Positions 30,301 to 39,971 of a DNA stretch of 64,000 nucleotides are shown here, one piece after another. Origin of the DNA: a virus. A program made the position numbers and the translations under genes. Under the pieces are notes generated by a model that made no database searches, was not told the origin of the DNA, and saw only the letters and a list, made by a program, of their open reading frames with translations. Each line of letters starts with the position of its first letter. Within the stretch, counting starts at the first letter, position 1. The stretch is taken from positions 64,001-128,000 of the IMG/VR virus record IMGVR_UViG_3300047382_000480, one strand, 5' to 3'.

Positions 30301-30355
30301 TTTTCGCATCATCGAAATTGTCAAAATATGGGCTTGTATTTAGATTTAGAGCCAT
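24371..30355 (-). CDS. Large baseplate-associated structural protein (DUF4815/VrlC-like)
   Basis: SPYFDNFD...RILFKPG.AVQARELTQLQTILQ, APGADR, RT.DESGNY, RYTMSDIG.IEKRI.RLEYYTS, NLRAIAL. Confidence 0.85.
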   Translation of the reverse strand: MALNLNTSPYFDNFDDAKKFSRILFKPGVAVQARELTQLQTILQDTVGNFADHLFKDGARVKGASGAPLVRDFIKLNDLDASSATVANDTLANYVGDIVTGGTSGLKAKISKTATGLDTDAVDKKTFYIEYTEGNATGSYLHFEAGETLTVTSTDNGRNGNTFVVDNGTDSSDVTRNYFGKGLDFVIEEGILYIDGYFVYHDTQTINLEKYKTSANYYVGVKFKDSIVTSDADSTLNDPASGTFNFNAPGADRYKTSTEIAKLALTATNDSDFISLYTVEDGLLSRGDDIGDLDYYNKLGAQLALRTFDESGNYVIRNFEVTVREHLKTSSNRGLLDTSSGGSADHIAVGVGRGLAYVNGYRREFLSPTYVKVEKGNESVVEEGFTVSTNYGNYIIVDEVAGNWDIKDGSLLKFGNTASNAASDNTYSNHAAPSTIIGQARIRQIRYESGTVNAAACKYRLYLYDIRMFGGSFDDIRTIYNEDSTMNGFADPVLESSKAVLKESNSNQLVFRAPFKAAKTFAVDTGGTYDNNYTYQKEFTAEVSVSGVSTVTVTGTESFPYSSTPTQTQLDNEFYLVFQSDVTLDNTLYKKGEPFRLTPSMITSISNTAINFDIGNSLSAATDVTLQIKVKQTDVVPVQFVAKKTRYVKIDTSTNDGGQFGPWNLGFCNVYKIEGVYVGSSYTETGTDHKDQFILDNGQKENVYDHAKLIKKPKSRLNTNGKSIVVKLSYLDPNYSTSVGSYFAIDSYPVDDTGSTGIYTYEIPVFYSKKSGKYDLRDCVDFRPFVNHTSADATSLAQATINPIEANDLRTVSGGYEMPVPTESYTTDAEYYLSRIDKIVIGEKGTVDVIKGAARLNPKSPVAPITAMELGKVTIPPYPSLSPYIGRTSGRKDLSCTIAVKQNRRYTMSDIGAIEKRINRLEYYTSMNMLEKDTENLVITDSSGNNRFKNGIFIHNFADHGLSNLRDPDFNAAVDTRNKFLTANFEEEQVDVLFDNSNSSGVTKTGNLVTLPYTLVDNQRNINASKFRNCIGSLLFNYKGDLQLYPQSDNFVAMEDGGDQIVENSAIAQGLENLTDSLGNAGIVNGVNTTMGGVTSDTQDIEFGGSDGDTDRGGRRGNVDSTVDVSFDASMTQVVDSAAISQSVDTLTINSTGSDTVTQDFGDRVTDIGFTPFMRSQNVTFHATRLKPNTRVYAYFDGDPVSDHCRKLTYSTFTSRLSSGVNNFWSDFNETTNAFGTPLVTDSEGRLAAQFRIPAETFRIGEKILRLTDDVLNRDGFTTTSTESTYSSFGLDVISQGTIVSTQVPSFTTGTQAGDPQVVAEVVTDVRTEDITSNVSVDVDLTTDDPTAQTFIVSNKEGIFCPKIDLYFRNKSSTDGITIQLREVVNGYPGSRVLPYGSKYLSPSQVNISSEASDGTVTFSATGVTFDSPVFLEGGREYCIVTLPQGNSPDYEVWVSELGENKVGTTQRIVAEDVTGGVLFVSSNNRSWNAFQAEDLMHRIYRCNFTTDTEGSAKFTNGPIDFLSMVEYTNGAFEAGDNLHSFNVTLDNGGTGHSVNDVITFAGFGGGTGLKLKVTQVQSNVVTAFSIEELGSGFTADGTNVAQSGTTGSGTGMIVDVVTKTGAVERYSSLNDVARIQLTKSDFDVNDIIGNGSTQGKLETIDNKIFNKLQLNFGEIVLPQTRVDHSYTPTDSTGVAAAGTTSRKIVKQEQQITNKEYAVYSKSNEDANLSGAKSFKSEAKMLTSSKFISPVIDLSRCGFIATQNIINNNSTNEDANNSGSALAKYISKTVRLSDGQDAQDLKVYLDQKTPFGSEIKVYGKFMAAEDDADLRQELDWFLLKEDSIPDNRGLSQTGFVEHRYTIDNANLNGSDVLTYATKRVGSTTVSAGGSGYTSPPTVTITGGTSTRQAKAIAVLSAGAVSSIVITDPGRYATNSATPTLTISGGGGSGATATATLSTTNFVTFKEFAIKIVMLTDNTSNVPQCKNLRAIALQV

Positions 30356-30364
30356 TTCTTTACC

Positions 30365-31969
30365 TTAAAAGTTAAATACCACTTTCAGCGTTTCTACCTG
30401 ATTTTCATCGCGAGTGATAGGTCTACGATTGTCAATATAGAGAATCTCACCAGAATGATTACTTATTTCTGGTGTTGTCAGGCTATTTATAGTTATTCCT
30501 GTATCGCCTGTAGTCACATTTGTGAATGATGACGATGATCCGATTCCAGGATATTTTTGTAATAGATAAACTGTATCTTTAGTTCCGTTACCTGTAGTAT
30601 CTATTGACTGAATTACACTAAACTCACCGCCATCGTTAGTTTGCAGCACATCATCTAAATTAAATTTTGTTATATTTGAAGAAGATACTGTTACAACGTG
30701 ACATGGAGTTCCAACTGTTGATGTAAATGTTGCAGTCTCTGCAAAATTATGCATATTTTTGATAATACCAACTTGTCTAAACTCATTACCAATAATTATG
30801 TCATTTTCGTCGGAGGTGAAAGAAACAGTTACGCCAATATTTTTGGCGAAAAGTTCTCTAGGAGGATTACCTCCGTGACCAGAGTTTGGGGCTACAACTG
30901 GTCTTAATATTGCAGATGTACCAGCACCAATCGATTGCGTTATTTCAATGTCAATAAAAGTGTAATTGGATCCAGGATTAGTCACTATCACATCAGTAAT
31001 AGTTCCAGCAGTATTAACGATAGCAGAAGCAGTTGCACCAGTCCCGTCACCCTTTACAACTAGTGCTACATCTCCTTCAACGTAATCAACACCACCATTT
31101 GTGACAGAAACACGATCCAAAGTACCTTTCACTGCTGCAGCCTCGACCGAGGACTGAAGTGATGGTGTTTCTGAAGAACCGAGTGCAGCTGTAGCAGTAG
31201 CACCCGATCCACCGCCACCAGTAAGTTTGATGAACGCAAAGGAATAACCTCTGCCCTCGCTAGTGATGGTTATACCTGTCACCTGACCACCCGAAACAGT
31301 AGCAGTTGCAACTGCCCCTGTTCCATCGCCTTCTATGACAACAGTGGGCGCAGAACTATACCCAGAGCCACCAGCAGTTACTGTTATTGAATCCAATTCA
31401 CCATTTACATCAAATGCTGGATTACCTGCGCCTGAAACTTTGCGGACAGGAATAAAGTTAGTGTTCAAAAATTTAGTTCTGTCTGCAGAACCAATTTGGA
31501 ACATAAACTTCCACATGTAACCATCATCCAAGGTGAACGTGTCTGTTGCAGTTGATGTTGGTTTAATCGTACTTTGAGCATTGTTGTTATTCTCAAGGCA
31601 CTTATAAACATTGAATTCATCTGTGACTACATAGAACTTGGCGTCAGACAAATTAGTTGCACCACTGTATGCTGGATGATTGTCTGCGTATTCGTCATCG
31701 TACTGGTCGTAAATTGTACCAGAAACCCAGTCATACCTTGGAGCAAGCAATACTGCATCAGATGCATTTATTCGTTTAACGAATAACATATCTTGGCGAT
31801 ATTGTGATTGGTAATACTGAGAGTCACGGGGATTCTCGGGAGTCGTATCGTCATCCCAAGGTCTCGCCCTCGAAGCAAACATATAGAAAAAGTCGTTTTC
31901 GTTAAATATATCTCTATAAAACGAACGAGCATTTTCTACCCTTGCAGCTGATCTTAGTAATAATGCCAT
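30365..31969 (-). CDS. gp8: Baseplate wedge subunit with inserted Gly-rich modules
   Basis: [54 protein letters not shown]. Confidence 0.9.
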   Translation of the reverse strand: MALLLRSAARVENARSFYRDIFNENDFFYMFASRARPWDDDTTPENPRDSQYYQSQYRQDMLFVKRINASDAVLLAPRYDWVSGTIYDQYDDEYADNHPAYSGATNLSDAKFYVVTDEFNVYKCLENNNNAQSTIKPTSTATDTFTLDDGYMWKFMFQIGSADRTKFLNTNFIPVRKVSGAGNPAFDVNGELDSITVTAGGSGYSSAPTVVIEGDGTGAVATATVSGGQVTGITITSEGRGYSFAFIKLTGGGGSGATATAALGSSETPSLQSSVEAAAVKGTLDRVSVTNGGVDYVEGDVALVVKGDGTGATASAIVNTAGTITDVIVTNPGSNYTFIDIEITQSIGAGTSAILRPVVAPNSGHGGNPPRELFAKNIGVTVSFTSDENDIIIGNEFRQVGIIKNMHNFAETATFTSTVGTPCHVVTVSSSNITKFNLDDVLQTNDGGEFSVIQSIDTTGNGTKDTVYLLQKYPGIGSSSSFTNVTTGDTGITINSLTTPEISNHSGEILYIDNRRPITRDENQVETLKVVFNF

Positions 31970-31991
31970 GTCTAACTCCTATACGTTAGGT

Positions 31992-32453
31992 TTAGGTGTC
32001 AGAAACAGTCAAAGTCCAAGTAATTTTCAGTGTATCTGCCGCACCTTTGTTTACAACCGAAAACGTAGTTCGGCAAAGCATAGTACCAGCAGAAGTAGCA
32101 TTAAAGATACCAGCTTCTGTTACAGCACCAGTACCAGTATTAGCAGGGAAATCACCAACATATTCAACAGTATTAGTTGATACAGTCTGTGATGTCAGAG
32201 TAACACGAGCAGAAGAAATTGGGCTAATCAATGTAGTTTGAGAAGCACTTGGTCCTGTAGTACCTGTTCCCACTTCCATATTAGACATACGAGTTGGTGG
32301 TGATGAGTTTCCGAGGCGGTCAGCAATGTGGTTTAGACCAGATGTAACTACCAAGTTGTTTACAGTTTGCTCTTCTTTTAGGTTGCCCTTTGCATCGAAA
32401 AGCTGAATTTGAACACGCCCCAACGCATTCATTTTATCTACATCAAGAATCAT
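31992..32453 (-). CDS. Small virion structural protein
   Basis: NLVVTSG...VGTGTT...TEAGIFN...MLCRTTF.VVNK...LKITW. Confidence 0.7.
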   Translation of the reverse strand: MILDVDKMNALGRVQIQLFDAKGNLKEEQTVNNLVVTSGLNHIADRLGNSSPPTRMSNMEVGTGTTGPSASQTTLISPISSARVTLTSQTVSTNTVEYVGDFPANTGTGAVTEAGIFNATSAGTMLCRTTFSVVNKGAADTLKITWTLTVSDT

Positions 32454-32514
32454 TTTTTTCTCCTAGTTGATGTGTAGTATATTTGTTTTGTATTTATAAC
32501 GATTGTTTCCCTTG

Positions 32515-35500
32515 TTAGGAAATATTTCTTACTTCCCCAACATAATCTTCTGCAAAATAATCACCTGCGTAGTTTTGAGCAATTACCTTTCCAGATTCAC
32601 CCCAAACTGCGCTTTCAGTTTTACTGGTGGCAAATAGTAAGACATTTGATTCGTCAACAAGTGGGTCTTCGGTGTAAGCATTTTCTGAAGCTCGAGTTAC
32701 TGAGGTGTCATTTAACTCAACTGGGTCTGCTTTAACTAGACCTGGAGAAAGATTGGCTACATCATTCCAGTCAACAGATTCTTGTTTATTCAAACCGACG
32801 ACTCTAGTTACAACCTCAGCCCAATCTACTGAATCAATTGGATCTCTGGCAATAAAGAATAATATGTCAACTATTTCAGACCAATCTACAGAATCAGTTA
32901 TATTTGGTCTGTGGAAATCTAACGCAGGTGCATCTTGTATCACAGGATCTTCAGTTTTCGCAAAAACTATATCAAACTTATTTATTGTGTCGTCAAAAGA
33001 TGGAGTTTCAACTTTATTCAAGTTGGGAAGTAATAGTATGGTGTCATCAGAAGCACCAGTTCTCTTATCAGACCAATCTATAGAATCAGTGATATTTGGT
33101 CTGTGGAAGAATAATTGCGGTGCATCTTGAACAACTACATTTTCAATATCTGCGAATATGCGGAATACAATTATGTCTGGTAATGCATTAAACGAAGATC
33201 CCATATCAACCAATTGATTTATTTGGAGGTCAGTCCAAGCAATCATACCAGCAGGATGAGCAATCCGATCTAGAAGTTCTCCCCATTGTGTTTTTGGTCT
33301 AGAAGTTCTAACTTGATACGCGAAGTTTTGGTAAACAGAATTATCTTGTATTCTATTGGCATCAGAAAGAAATCCCTGAGAGTTTTTAAAACTTCCAGGA
33401 TATGTATGTGAGAAACCTGTATTGCAAGTAAGTGTTGTTGTCTCATTTGTTGCTGAACGGAGAATAAAATCAAATGACTCTCTCTGGAAACCTGTACCTG
33501 TAGAGATAACTTCTACGAATGCGGGATAATTGTTTGAATCTAATGTCTTAATCCTAACAACAGCATTGTTATCAATACCAGTAATCGTGTAATCCTCACC
33601 GAAATAATCGATTGCATATACACCTAGAATATCCCCTGTCTCTGAAACTTTGAATGTTTCACCGATAACAAAACCGCCATTTGATGTACCAGAGTTGGTT
33701 TTGAGAGAAACTTTATTTAAAACACGTGTCAAAAATGCTGTTTTATCAGTAATAGTGTCAAGACTTCCCTCAACACCAATCCAAGATCTAACTGCATCAG
33801 TATTGAGAACGATTGTAGGAACATTATTATAACCAACACCTGTTGTATTATTGACAAATAAAACATTGGATATAGAACCATTCGTCAATCTAGCTTCTAC
33901 AACGGCAGTTGTTGTAATCGTGTCATCTGGGTGAGGTAAAACAATAACATCTGGATTAGCAGAATAACCAGCACCTGCATCAGCGATTGTTAACGAAGCA
34001 AGTTTACCCTCTGTTATTGTAGCAACATTACACGTGAGGTTTGCCCCACCACCAAAATATGATGCAGGGAAAACTATCTGTTCACCCTTAACATAATTAG
34101 TTCCTGGATATCCACTAACCAAGCCAATTGTAGCTGCACCAGAAGAATCTATAGTTACAGTAAATCTTGCTCCAGAACCCGAAATATTTGGATTAGCAAC
34201 AACCATCGGGGTAGTATTACTAGCAATAATTTGAGTGGAAGCTGTTCTCAATGCATCGGCTGCACTTATCGACCCAACACTAGCGATTTTACCCTTAACA
34301 GTTGCAGTAATTTCACCTTCAACGCCTTGCCCTGGAATAATGGTATCTCCAGGAAGATCCAGTGTTAATTCAAATGCTTCTGGTGCAGTGTATGCAATTT
34401 TTTTAACACGTGTGACTGAAGTGTTTATAATTTTTCTTTTTGTTATGGATGCTGTAGATTCATAATAATGAACAGAAGCACGCCTTCCCCTCAGATTTAA
34501 TGGATTTGGAACTGGGGATATTTCTGTATTTGCATATGCTTTGACTGTTAATTCTTTTCTATAAATTCCATCTGATGGTCTTAGTATGAATTCAGAAGGA
34601 AGAAATACCTCAACATCTTCATTGTACATAAGTTTAAAGAATTGTTGTATGCCTTGTCGAGAACCTTTTGATTCAAGAAAGGTTTTCATATGCTTTATTA
34701 GCATCCTTGAATCTACAGCAGCAGTAGTCGGGAAGTCTAATGCATACTGTTCTAACATAGGCTGCAAGAAATCTGGGTCATTATGATCAATGTTTATTTT
34801 ATCGATCATCTCCTGGAGAAGGTGAGTCGGGCTGTATTGACTTTCGGATGATCCATTTGATATGTTAAGAGAGGTATATTCCTCTTGCCCAAGATCTTCA
34901 AATCTATAATAGTCTTTTATGAATCTAGCAAAGTTTGGATAGTCAGTTTTTATGAATTCTGGAATCTGAGAATCAGATATGTAACTCATATTATCGTGAT
35001 AATAACCCTGACCCTTTGCAATCTTTTGCAGTACTATGTCAAAGGTTGCGCCCTTACCACCACCCTTCAAACTATCTACAGTGAATGTGATGTCTGGTGC
35101 ATTGTTTACACCACCAATGTCAATATCTAAAACTGTTACAGTTTCGCCTTCTCTATAAAGAGACCCATCATCAATAATAGAATATGAAAGAATTGAACCG
35201 CTGTTATCGATAATGAGACTGATCCTAGCACCTGTCCCTGTTTTTGATGATACTAAAGGAACATTGGTATAGAGACCTGCTGATCTTCTAGAGTCTGCGG
35301 AAGTCGTGTTTATAAGACCAGCACCACCGCTTTTCAGGGGAGAAAGTATGGCAATCTCGGGTGCATCCCGATACCCATCACCCTCTGATGTAATTTGAAT
35401 CGAAGTAACCTGACCATTATTGATTTCAACTTCAGCAGTTGCTTGTATTTGCTCAGACTCAGCTGCACCAGTTGGAGGGCTAATGAGAACAGAAACATCT

Positions 35501-35586
35501 CCTAATTGAGAAGAATAGTTAGAACCCGCAGATGTTATCGTTATGGATTCAATGTATTCCTTGAAATTTGGTGCTGATCTCGCCAT
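32515..35586 (-). CDS. gp7: Baseplate wedge initiator gp7-like protein
   Basis: QIPEFI..DYP.F..F...YY, SKGS, FF.LMYNE, IQD...YQNFAY, HPAGM; lies between gp6 and gp8. Confidence 0.7.
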   Translation of the reverse strand: MARSAPNFKEYIESITITSAGSNYSSQLGDVSVLISPPTGAAESEQIQATAEVEINNGQVTSIQITSEGDGYRDAPEIAILSPLKSGGAGLINTTSADSRRSAGLYTNVPLVSSKTGTGARISLIIDNSGSILSYSIIDDGSLYREGETVTVLDIDIGGVNNAPDITFTVDSLKGGGKGATFDIVLQKIAKGQGYYHDNMSYISDSQIPEFIKTDYPNFARFIKDYYRFEDLGQEEYTSLNISNGSSESQYSPTHLLQEMIDKINIDHNDPDFLQPMLEQYALDFPTTAAVDSRMLIKHMKTFLESKGSRQGIQQFFKLMYNEDVEVFLPSEFILRPSDGIYRKELTVKAYANTEISPVPNPLNLRGRRASVHYYESTASITKRKIINTSVTRVKKIAYTAPEAFELTLDLPGDTIIPGQGVEGEITATVKGKIASVGSISAADALRTASTQIIASNTTPMVVANPNISGSGARFTVTIDSSGAATIGLVSGYPGTNYVKGEQIVFPASYFGGGANLTCNVATITEGKLASLTIADAGAGYSANPDVIVLPHPDDTITTTAVVEARLTNGSISNVLFVNNTTGVGYNNVPTIVLNTDAVRSWIGVEGSLDTITDKTAFLTRVLNKVSLKTNSGTSNGGFVIGETFKVSETGDILGVYAIDYFGEDYTITGIDNNAVVRIKTLDSNNYPAFVEVISTGTGFQRESFDFILRSATNETTTLTCNTGFSHTYPGSFKNSQGFLSDANRIQDNSVYQNFAYQVRTSRPKTQWGELLDRIAHPAGMIAWTDLQINQLVDMGSSFNALPDIIVFRIFADIENVVVQDAPQLFFHRPNITDSIDWSDKRTGASDDTILLLPNLNKVETPSFDDTINKFDIVFAKTEDPVIQDAPALDFHRPNITDSVDWSEIVDILFFIARDPIDSVDWAEVVTRVVGLNKQESVDWNDVANLSPGLVKADPVELNDTSVTRASENAYTEDPLVDESNVLLFATSKTESAVWGESGKVIAQNYAGDYFAEDYVGEVRNIS

Positions 35587-35588
35587 TT

Positions 35589-37511
35589 TTAGCTATCCGA
35601 TATTCTAGCAGTCATTGTTATTGTAGTTCCTTGTCTGATATTGTTAGGGATATCAGCTACGCTATTATCTTGCGCTAAAATATAGTTTTTAGATGGTTTA
35701 GGGAAAACTGGAGAACCATCTTCATTTAGCTGTGTGGTCGAAGATAAAATATCGGTTTTAATATCCTTAGAACTCTCGTGTGGTTGACAAACTACATTTA
35801 GCGTTGTATTAGAACCCTTTATTTCAGTAATATTCAAAGAGTTTAATTCTATTTTACCTGTATCATAATTAATAGTCCCTGCGTTTGAATCGATGACAAT
35901 ATTATTATCTGCAGATTTAAGGATAATAGTTCCACTACCATTATATGCTGGGGCAATAACGTCGGGGTCTGGAATATCTGTTATGTAAACAGTATAAATT
36001 GCTTGATCTATCTTAGCATCAAAGAATCCACTAGAAATAGAATATGGTTGGAGCTTATTGTTGAACCTCATCTCATACTTAACATTTGTATTTAATGCTG
36101 GAACAACACGTTTCTGTAGTCTTAATTCTAAGTTAACAGCAACAAAGGATTTGGATAATTGCACCAATCTTGAAGAAAGAACTGAATAGTAAAAATTCTT
36201 GTTTAATGAATTTAGTTGATTGTCAAAAAAATCTTGCAATTCAGTTTGGATAAGGTTTTGCAATGCACCCTGCGATTCGGAAGTTTTCTTGGAGTCGTAA
36301 ATGACGCCAATGTTTAGACCAATATATGTGTATTCTGGGTCTACGAACTCTGATGTGATTGCAACTGGTTGTCTTGGACTAATGACTTCCCGTATAAGAT
36401 TATCCTTATCGTCTTGAGTGATAACCAATCCAGGTTGAGGTTGAAGAGAAACAAAGACCTTACCATAAATTGGTGGATCATTATCTTCTCCACCCCAAAC
36501 AGCAACTGATTTTACATTAGGATTAGAAGATAATATAAGAGACTTATAATCATTGGTGGTTACTGCTCTATTTTTCGTAGCATTAAACCTTGGAGCATTA
36601 TAACGAATACTATCAACGCTTTCTTGGGATGCACCGCCTGAAGATTGCGAAACTGTAGTGATTGACACAGTTTCTCCCGATCCTACTAGGACACTTGGAG
36701 GAGTAAATGATTTGATGCCATTTGCAGATGGTCCAGAAGAAGCAATATAATTTAATCTAACAATATTTCCAGTCTTTAATTTCTTACCGATCACCCCATC
36801 ACCAAATCTAACTTCGTAATATCCATTCAATGACTCTTCAATATAGTAAATGTTTGAAGTAGACTTTACTTCAAGGATATTATCAGAAAATTCAAATGTG
36901 TTAGTTGTGGTGTCAGAAACACTTTCCTGCACTGTCACAGTAAGCGTGGTTGTGTCAACATCTGGGTTTGCCATTAAGACTGGACCAGATAAGTTTTCTG
37001 CGCCTATAATTTCAGAGTTGTCAACACGAACACCTTCTACTAGTCTAATATCTTTGAAGTGAAAACCACTTGAACCACCGCTAGTGGTTGTCTTGTTTAC
37101 TGTATAATCTTTATCTGGGAAAAATTTAAACGTAGACCCATTAGAGGAAGTGATAAATGCCTTGTCTCTAGAAAGTGTAAATGAACCACTTGTATACGAA
37201 GAAGGGATGTTAGTTATATCTAAATCCACAACCGCAGCAGAAGACCTTGCAGATCTTGCAGTGTATCCCATCGTCTTTGCAATAGAGGCGACTGAGTTTC
37301 TTTTTACGGCTGAATCAATAAATGCTTCGTTAGCAACCATATGTGCCAAAAATGCGTTGTATTGAGTGTTATATGCCAAAAGATCTATTAAGACAGAAAG
37401 ACCCGATGCTTCAAAATCATAATCAGAATATTGATCCTGATCAGAAAGAAATGTCTTTAAGTTTGACTTAATAGATTCAAATTCAAGTTCTGTTAATTTT
37501 CTTACTGCCAT
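35589..37511 (-). CDS. gp6: Baseplate wedge subunit
   Basis: DYDFEASGLSVLIDLLAYNT, FGDGVIGK, NRAVT..DY, WGGEDN.PP.YGKVF. Confidence 0.95.
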   Translation of the reverse strand: MAVRKLTELEFESIKSNLKTFLSDQDQYSDYDFEASGLSVLIDLLAYNTQYNAFLAHMVANEAFIDSAVKRNSVASIAKTMGYTARSARSSAAVVDLDITNIPSSYTSGSFTLSRDKAFITSSNGSTFKFFPDKDYTVNKTTTSGGSSGFHFKDIRLVEGVRVDNSEIIGAENLSGPVLMANPDVDTTTLTVTVQESVSDTTTNTFEFSDNILEVKSTSNIYYIEESLNGYYEVRFGDGVIGKKLKTGNIVRLNYIASSGPSANGIKSFTPPSVLVGSGETVSITTVSQSSGGASQESVDSIRYNAPRFNATKNRAVTTNDYKSLILSSNPNVKSVAVWGGEDNDPPIYGKVFVSLQPQPGLVITQDDKDNLIREVISPRQPVAITSEFVDPEYTYIGLNIGVIYDSKKTSESQGALQNLIQTELQDFFDNQLNSLNKNFYYSVLSSRLVQLSKSFVAVNLELRLQKRVVPALNTNVKYEMRFNNKLQPYSISSGFFDAKIDQAIYTVYITDIPDPDVIAPAYNGSGTIILKSADNNIVIDSNAGTINYDTGKIELNSLNITEIKGSNTTLNVVCQPHESSKDIKTDILSSTTQLNEDGSPVFPKPSKNYILAQDNSVADIPNNIRQGTTITMTARISDS

Positions 37512-37556
37512 CGTAGACTCTTTGTTTTTATTTTTATGTATTTATAAACAGTTTTA

Positions 37557-38591
37557 TTAGTTTTCTAACTGGGTTATTCGTGCCGATAATGCTTCTATCT
37601 GCGCTTGTTGCTCTTGTATCGCTTTAGTCAATACAGGTATTAAATCAGCAGCAATTGTCTTGTACGGATCTTCTCCTTCAGGTGATTCGTCTAACCATTC
37701 ACCAATCATATCTGGAAAAACTTGTTCGAACTCCTGAGCAACGAACCCACGATCATCCGAAATACCACTTCCCTTACCTTCCTTCCAATCAAACTTTCTG
37801 GGTTGTAGCTGCATTATCTTAGATAGTCCGTCATCCAGATCTCTAATATTTTCCTTGAATCTTTCGTCTGAAATACTTGCAATGGTAGTAGAAGTAGAGT
37901 TTATCTGGCCAGTTTTGTTTACATAAAATCTCCACGCACCAGTCCATCTCACATGATAGGTGTTTAAATCGGCAGTTCCGAGAGAAGCGACCATTGACCC
38001 ATTTTTTGACAATTGCATACCTTGCACATCACTGGAATCATTTGCTTTGCCTATCAGTACATCACCATCTTGTCTAATCGTCATTGCTCTAAAGTCGGTG
38101 ACACCCCCTTCAGCTACAGCATCTTCTATAGAATTAGCAGCAGCAGATTGTGGAGCATTTGTGGTAGTGCTAATATCAAAACAATGATTAGATGCATAAT
38201 GCCTGATTCTATCTGAACCGCCACCCGCAGTTTCAGTATCATTCAATTTCATCAATAACAATTCTGAAGTTTCGCCCCTTGAATCACTCGAGGATCTAGG
38301 TTCGGCACCATAAATTCTTTCGCCGATATATGTGTAGGAAAAATCTCCGATTTGATTATCCCCACTAGTACCTTTAAATGCAATGTAATTCGCATATATT
38401 GGATATGTTGTATGACTATCGGATAGAGTGCTAGCAATTTTTAATCCACCGATTTTTGCTTCACGGGTGCTTGTGTCTCCATTACTCAACACTCGGTCAA
38501 GAGTAGTGTCCTCGAACAGATCTCGGATATTCTCATCCAATTCCGCATAAGTAAGCGCACTACCTTTTGTTGACCTTTTTGTTATTGTCAT
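37557..38591 (-). CDS. Short fibre protein with S74-type chaperone domain
   Basis: SDERFKENI...GFVAQE...LTKAIQEQQAQIEAL. Confidence 0.8.
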   Translation of the reverse strand: MTITKRSTKGSALTYAELDENIRDLFEDTTLDRVLSNGDTSTREAKIGGLKIASTLSDSHTTYPIYANYIAFKGTSGDNQIGDFSYTYIGERIYGAEPRSSSDSRGETSELLLMKLNDTETAGGGSDRIRHYASNHCFDISTTTNAPQSAAANSIEDAVAEGGVTDFRAMTIRQDGDVLIGKANDSSDVQGMQLSKNGSMVASLGTADLNTYHVRWTGAWRFYVNKTGQINSTSTTIASISDERFKENIRDLDDGLSKIMQLQPRKFDWKEGKGSGISDDRGFVAQEFEQVFPDMIGEWLDESPEGEDPYKTIAADLIPVLTKAIQEQQAQIEALSARITQLEN

Positions 38592-39262
38592 TGTATTATC
38601 CCGTCGATATTGTAATACACCCCAACATATGATGTTGGGTCAGGTGATTCTATTCTAACTGTATATGTTTGAGTTCGATTGTTAGCAGATTCATTCGACA
38701 AACCAGTAAAATAATCCAACCCAGTTGAGTTTGCCTCGTCAAAATCTACATAATGAAGCTGATTCCGTCCAATCTGATAAAAACCAGTAATGGTTCCAAC
38801 TAATTTACTACTCCCCGAACTAAACGTGATTTTCGCACCAGCAACTGCATTAGTAGTGCCTTCTGTAGACGAAGCAGTGTCTGACCACAACCACCAACTT
38901 CCCGATCTATTACCAACCACGCTGTGGGTTTGCGGTACATAATTGGGTTCAATATTACTATTATTAGCAGTAGCACCCACAAAAGACGCAAACGGAGTCA
39001 ACTCGGGTTTATAAGATTCTAATATACCAAATACCCCGATAGCAGCAACTTCCTTCTCAAAAGGGGTTGTCATCTGTTTCGCAACTGGAATTCCAGGATT
39101 ACCATCTATATACCCAAATTCCACATATTCAAATAATTCTTGTTCGTCTTCAGTTAATGGTTCTACAAACTGATAACACTGATCTATCAAATTTTGTTTT
39201 GTCGTGGGGTCTGTTTCTGCAGCAATTTGAGCCAATAAAGATGCGTAATTCGGATTGGGCAC
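38588..39262 (-). CDS. Hypothetical (probable virion) protein
   Basis: 224 aa ORF coupled to its neighbours within the baseplate operon. Confidence 0.65.
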   Translation of the reverse strand: MPNPNYASLLAQIAAETDPTTKQNLIDQCYQFVEPLTEDEQELFEYVEFGYIDGNPGIPVAKQMTTPFEKEVAAIGVFGILESYKPELTPFASFVGATANNSNIEPNYVPQTHSVVGNRSGSWWLWSDTASSTEGTTNAVAGAKITFSSGSSKLVGTITGFYQIGRNQLHYVDFDEANSTGLDYFTGLSNESANNRTQTYTVRIESPDPTSYVGVYYNIDGIIQ

Positions 39263-39264
39263 AC

Positions 39265-39555
39265 TTATCCCCCAGCAGTAACATTAGGCGATCCCGTAGA
39301 TGCAGCATTTGGAACCCAACTACCATGTCCGCTTGTTGAATCTCCTGTCCTATGAACACCTTTATTGTTTACTTTTACAGTTGCACTCCCCCCGACTGCT
39401 GTATCACCGCACCCTGTAGAGTCTCCAATAGTTACAATTGGAGAACCATTTGCATATACATTAGCACTAGATTTGTAAGGAGTCTTATGGAAACCATTTG
39501 GTGTTGGGCTTGCATGCCCTATATGAGTGTCCCCTGCTCTAATAACTGCTGGCAT
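39265..39555 (-). CDS. gp5.4: PAAR spike-tip protein
   Basis: MPAVIR.GD...GH, GDSTGCG, HRTGD.T.GHG. Confidence 0.88.
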   Translation of the reverse strand: MPAVIRAGDTHIGHASPTPNGFHKTPYKSSANVYANGSPIVTIGDSTGCGDTAVGGSATVKVNNKGVHRTGDSTSGHGSWVPNAASTGSPNVTAGG

Positions 39556-39956
39556 TATCTTAATCTCTCAAGTGCTGTTGTGTATACTTGTGGTTCTCTG
39601 ACACCAACCACATAAAATTCTATTCGTATTTCATAAGTATCTAAATCAAAATTTGGAGTACATTCAACATCAATCAATTCAACTCTTGATTCGTAGTTTT
39701 CAATTGAAGTCTCAATCTCTTTTTGCATAACACTACTCACAAGATAATCCATTGGCTCAAACAATAGATCATAAACACCAGATCCATAGTCTGGGTTAAA
39801 TGGCTTCTCACCTTTTTGAGTCAGTAGCAAATTTTTCAAAGACTGCTTGACTGCATTGACATCAAATTTCTTGTAGATGTCCTTTGTTAAATCGTTTAAA
39901 TTAAACGACATATCAATATCTTTGTATATTCTTTTTGGTTTGTTTGTAATAGCCAT
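39555..39956 (-). CDS. gp25: Baseplate wedge / sheath initiator
   Basis: YKDID, AVKQSLKNLLLT..GEKPFNPDYG, YESRV. Confidence 0.92.
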   Translation of the reverse strand: MAITNKPKRIYKDIDMSFNLNDLTKDIYKKFDVNAVKQSLKNLLLTQKGEKPFNPDYGSGVYDLLFEPMDYLVSSVMQKEIETSIENYESRVELIDVECTPNFDLDTYEIRIEFYVVGVREPQVYTTALERLR

Positions 39957-39971
39957 GTGTTATTTATAACC

